DNA from: Octopus bimaculoides | Lineage: Eukaryota | NCBI RefSeq assembly: GCF_001194135.2 | Contig: NC_069000.1 | Location: forward strand, 30,517,701 to 30,563,569 | Reading direction: 5' to 3' | DNA length: 45,869 nt | In this document: positions 45,710 to 45,869 of the stretch, in pieces | How positions within the stretch are numbered: position 1 is the stretch's first letter | Layout: each line of letters starts with the position of its first letter | Notes under the pieces: generated by a model | Database searches by the model: none | Told to the model about the DNA's origin: nothing | The model's input: the letters and a program-made list of their open reading frames with translations, nothing else | Made by a program: the position numbers and the translations under genes

Positions 45710-45869
45710 TGTCTGTCTGTCTGTCTGTATGTATGTATGGATGGATATATGTATGTATATGTGTGTCTGCCTGCCTGCCTGCCTGTCTGTTTGTCTGCCT
45801 GCCTGTCTGTTTGTCTGCCTGCCTGTCTGTTTGTCTGCCTGCCTGTCTGTTTGTCTGCCTGCCTGTCTG
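45710..45869. repeat. (GTCT)/(GTAT)/(GCCT) compound microsatellite with a 20-bp higher-order unit
   Basis: GCCTGTCTGTTTGTCTGCCT repeats about 4.4 times from 45781 to the window end. Confidence 0.95.

Overview
This is AT-rich, repeat-dense eukaryotic DNA with five N gaps. The repeat content and the C2H2 gene suggest an octopod cephalopod such as Octopus; this is recognised from memory, not from a database search. The one clear host gene is an 18-finger C2H2 zinc-finger ORF (8303-10333, minus strand). It probably has upstream non-coding or uORF exons at about 12852-12913 and 13965-14010. There is also an intact 186-aa orphan ORF (39276-39836, plus) with a downstream poly(A) signal. The rest is layered transposon debris: Ty3/Gypsy gag and pol relics, RTE, R4/Dong, CR1-like and Penelope-like retroelements, mariner and Tigger relics, at least three tRNA-type SINE families, and several MITEs with recognisable TSDs (TA, TTAA, 8 bp, 9 bp). 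The strongest leads are: (1) a complete type I hammerhead ribozyme motif with a compensatory U3-A8 core and palindromic stem III at 45252-45312; (2) a 4-finger recognition code repeated across two paralogous finger arrays in the ZNF; (3) a predicted spliced 51-aa uORF overlapping the ZNF start; (4) the orphan ORF ending in an LxxIxE acidic motif; (5) a 164-bp, 97.5% identical inverted repeat; and (6) two unrelated MITEs inserted at neighbouring sites of the same SINE family. All alignments were done by eye.
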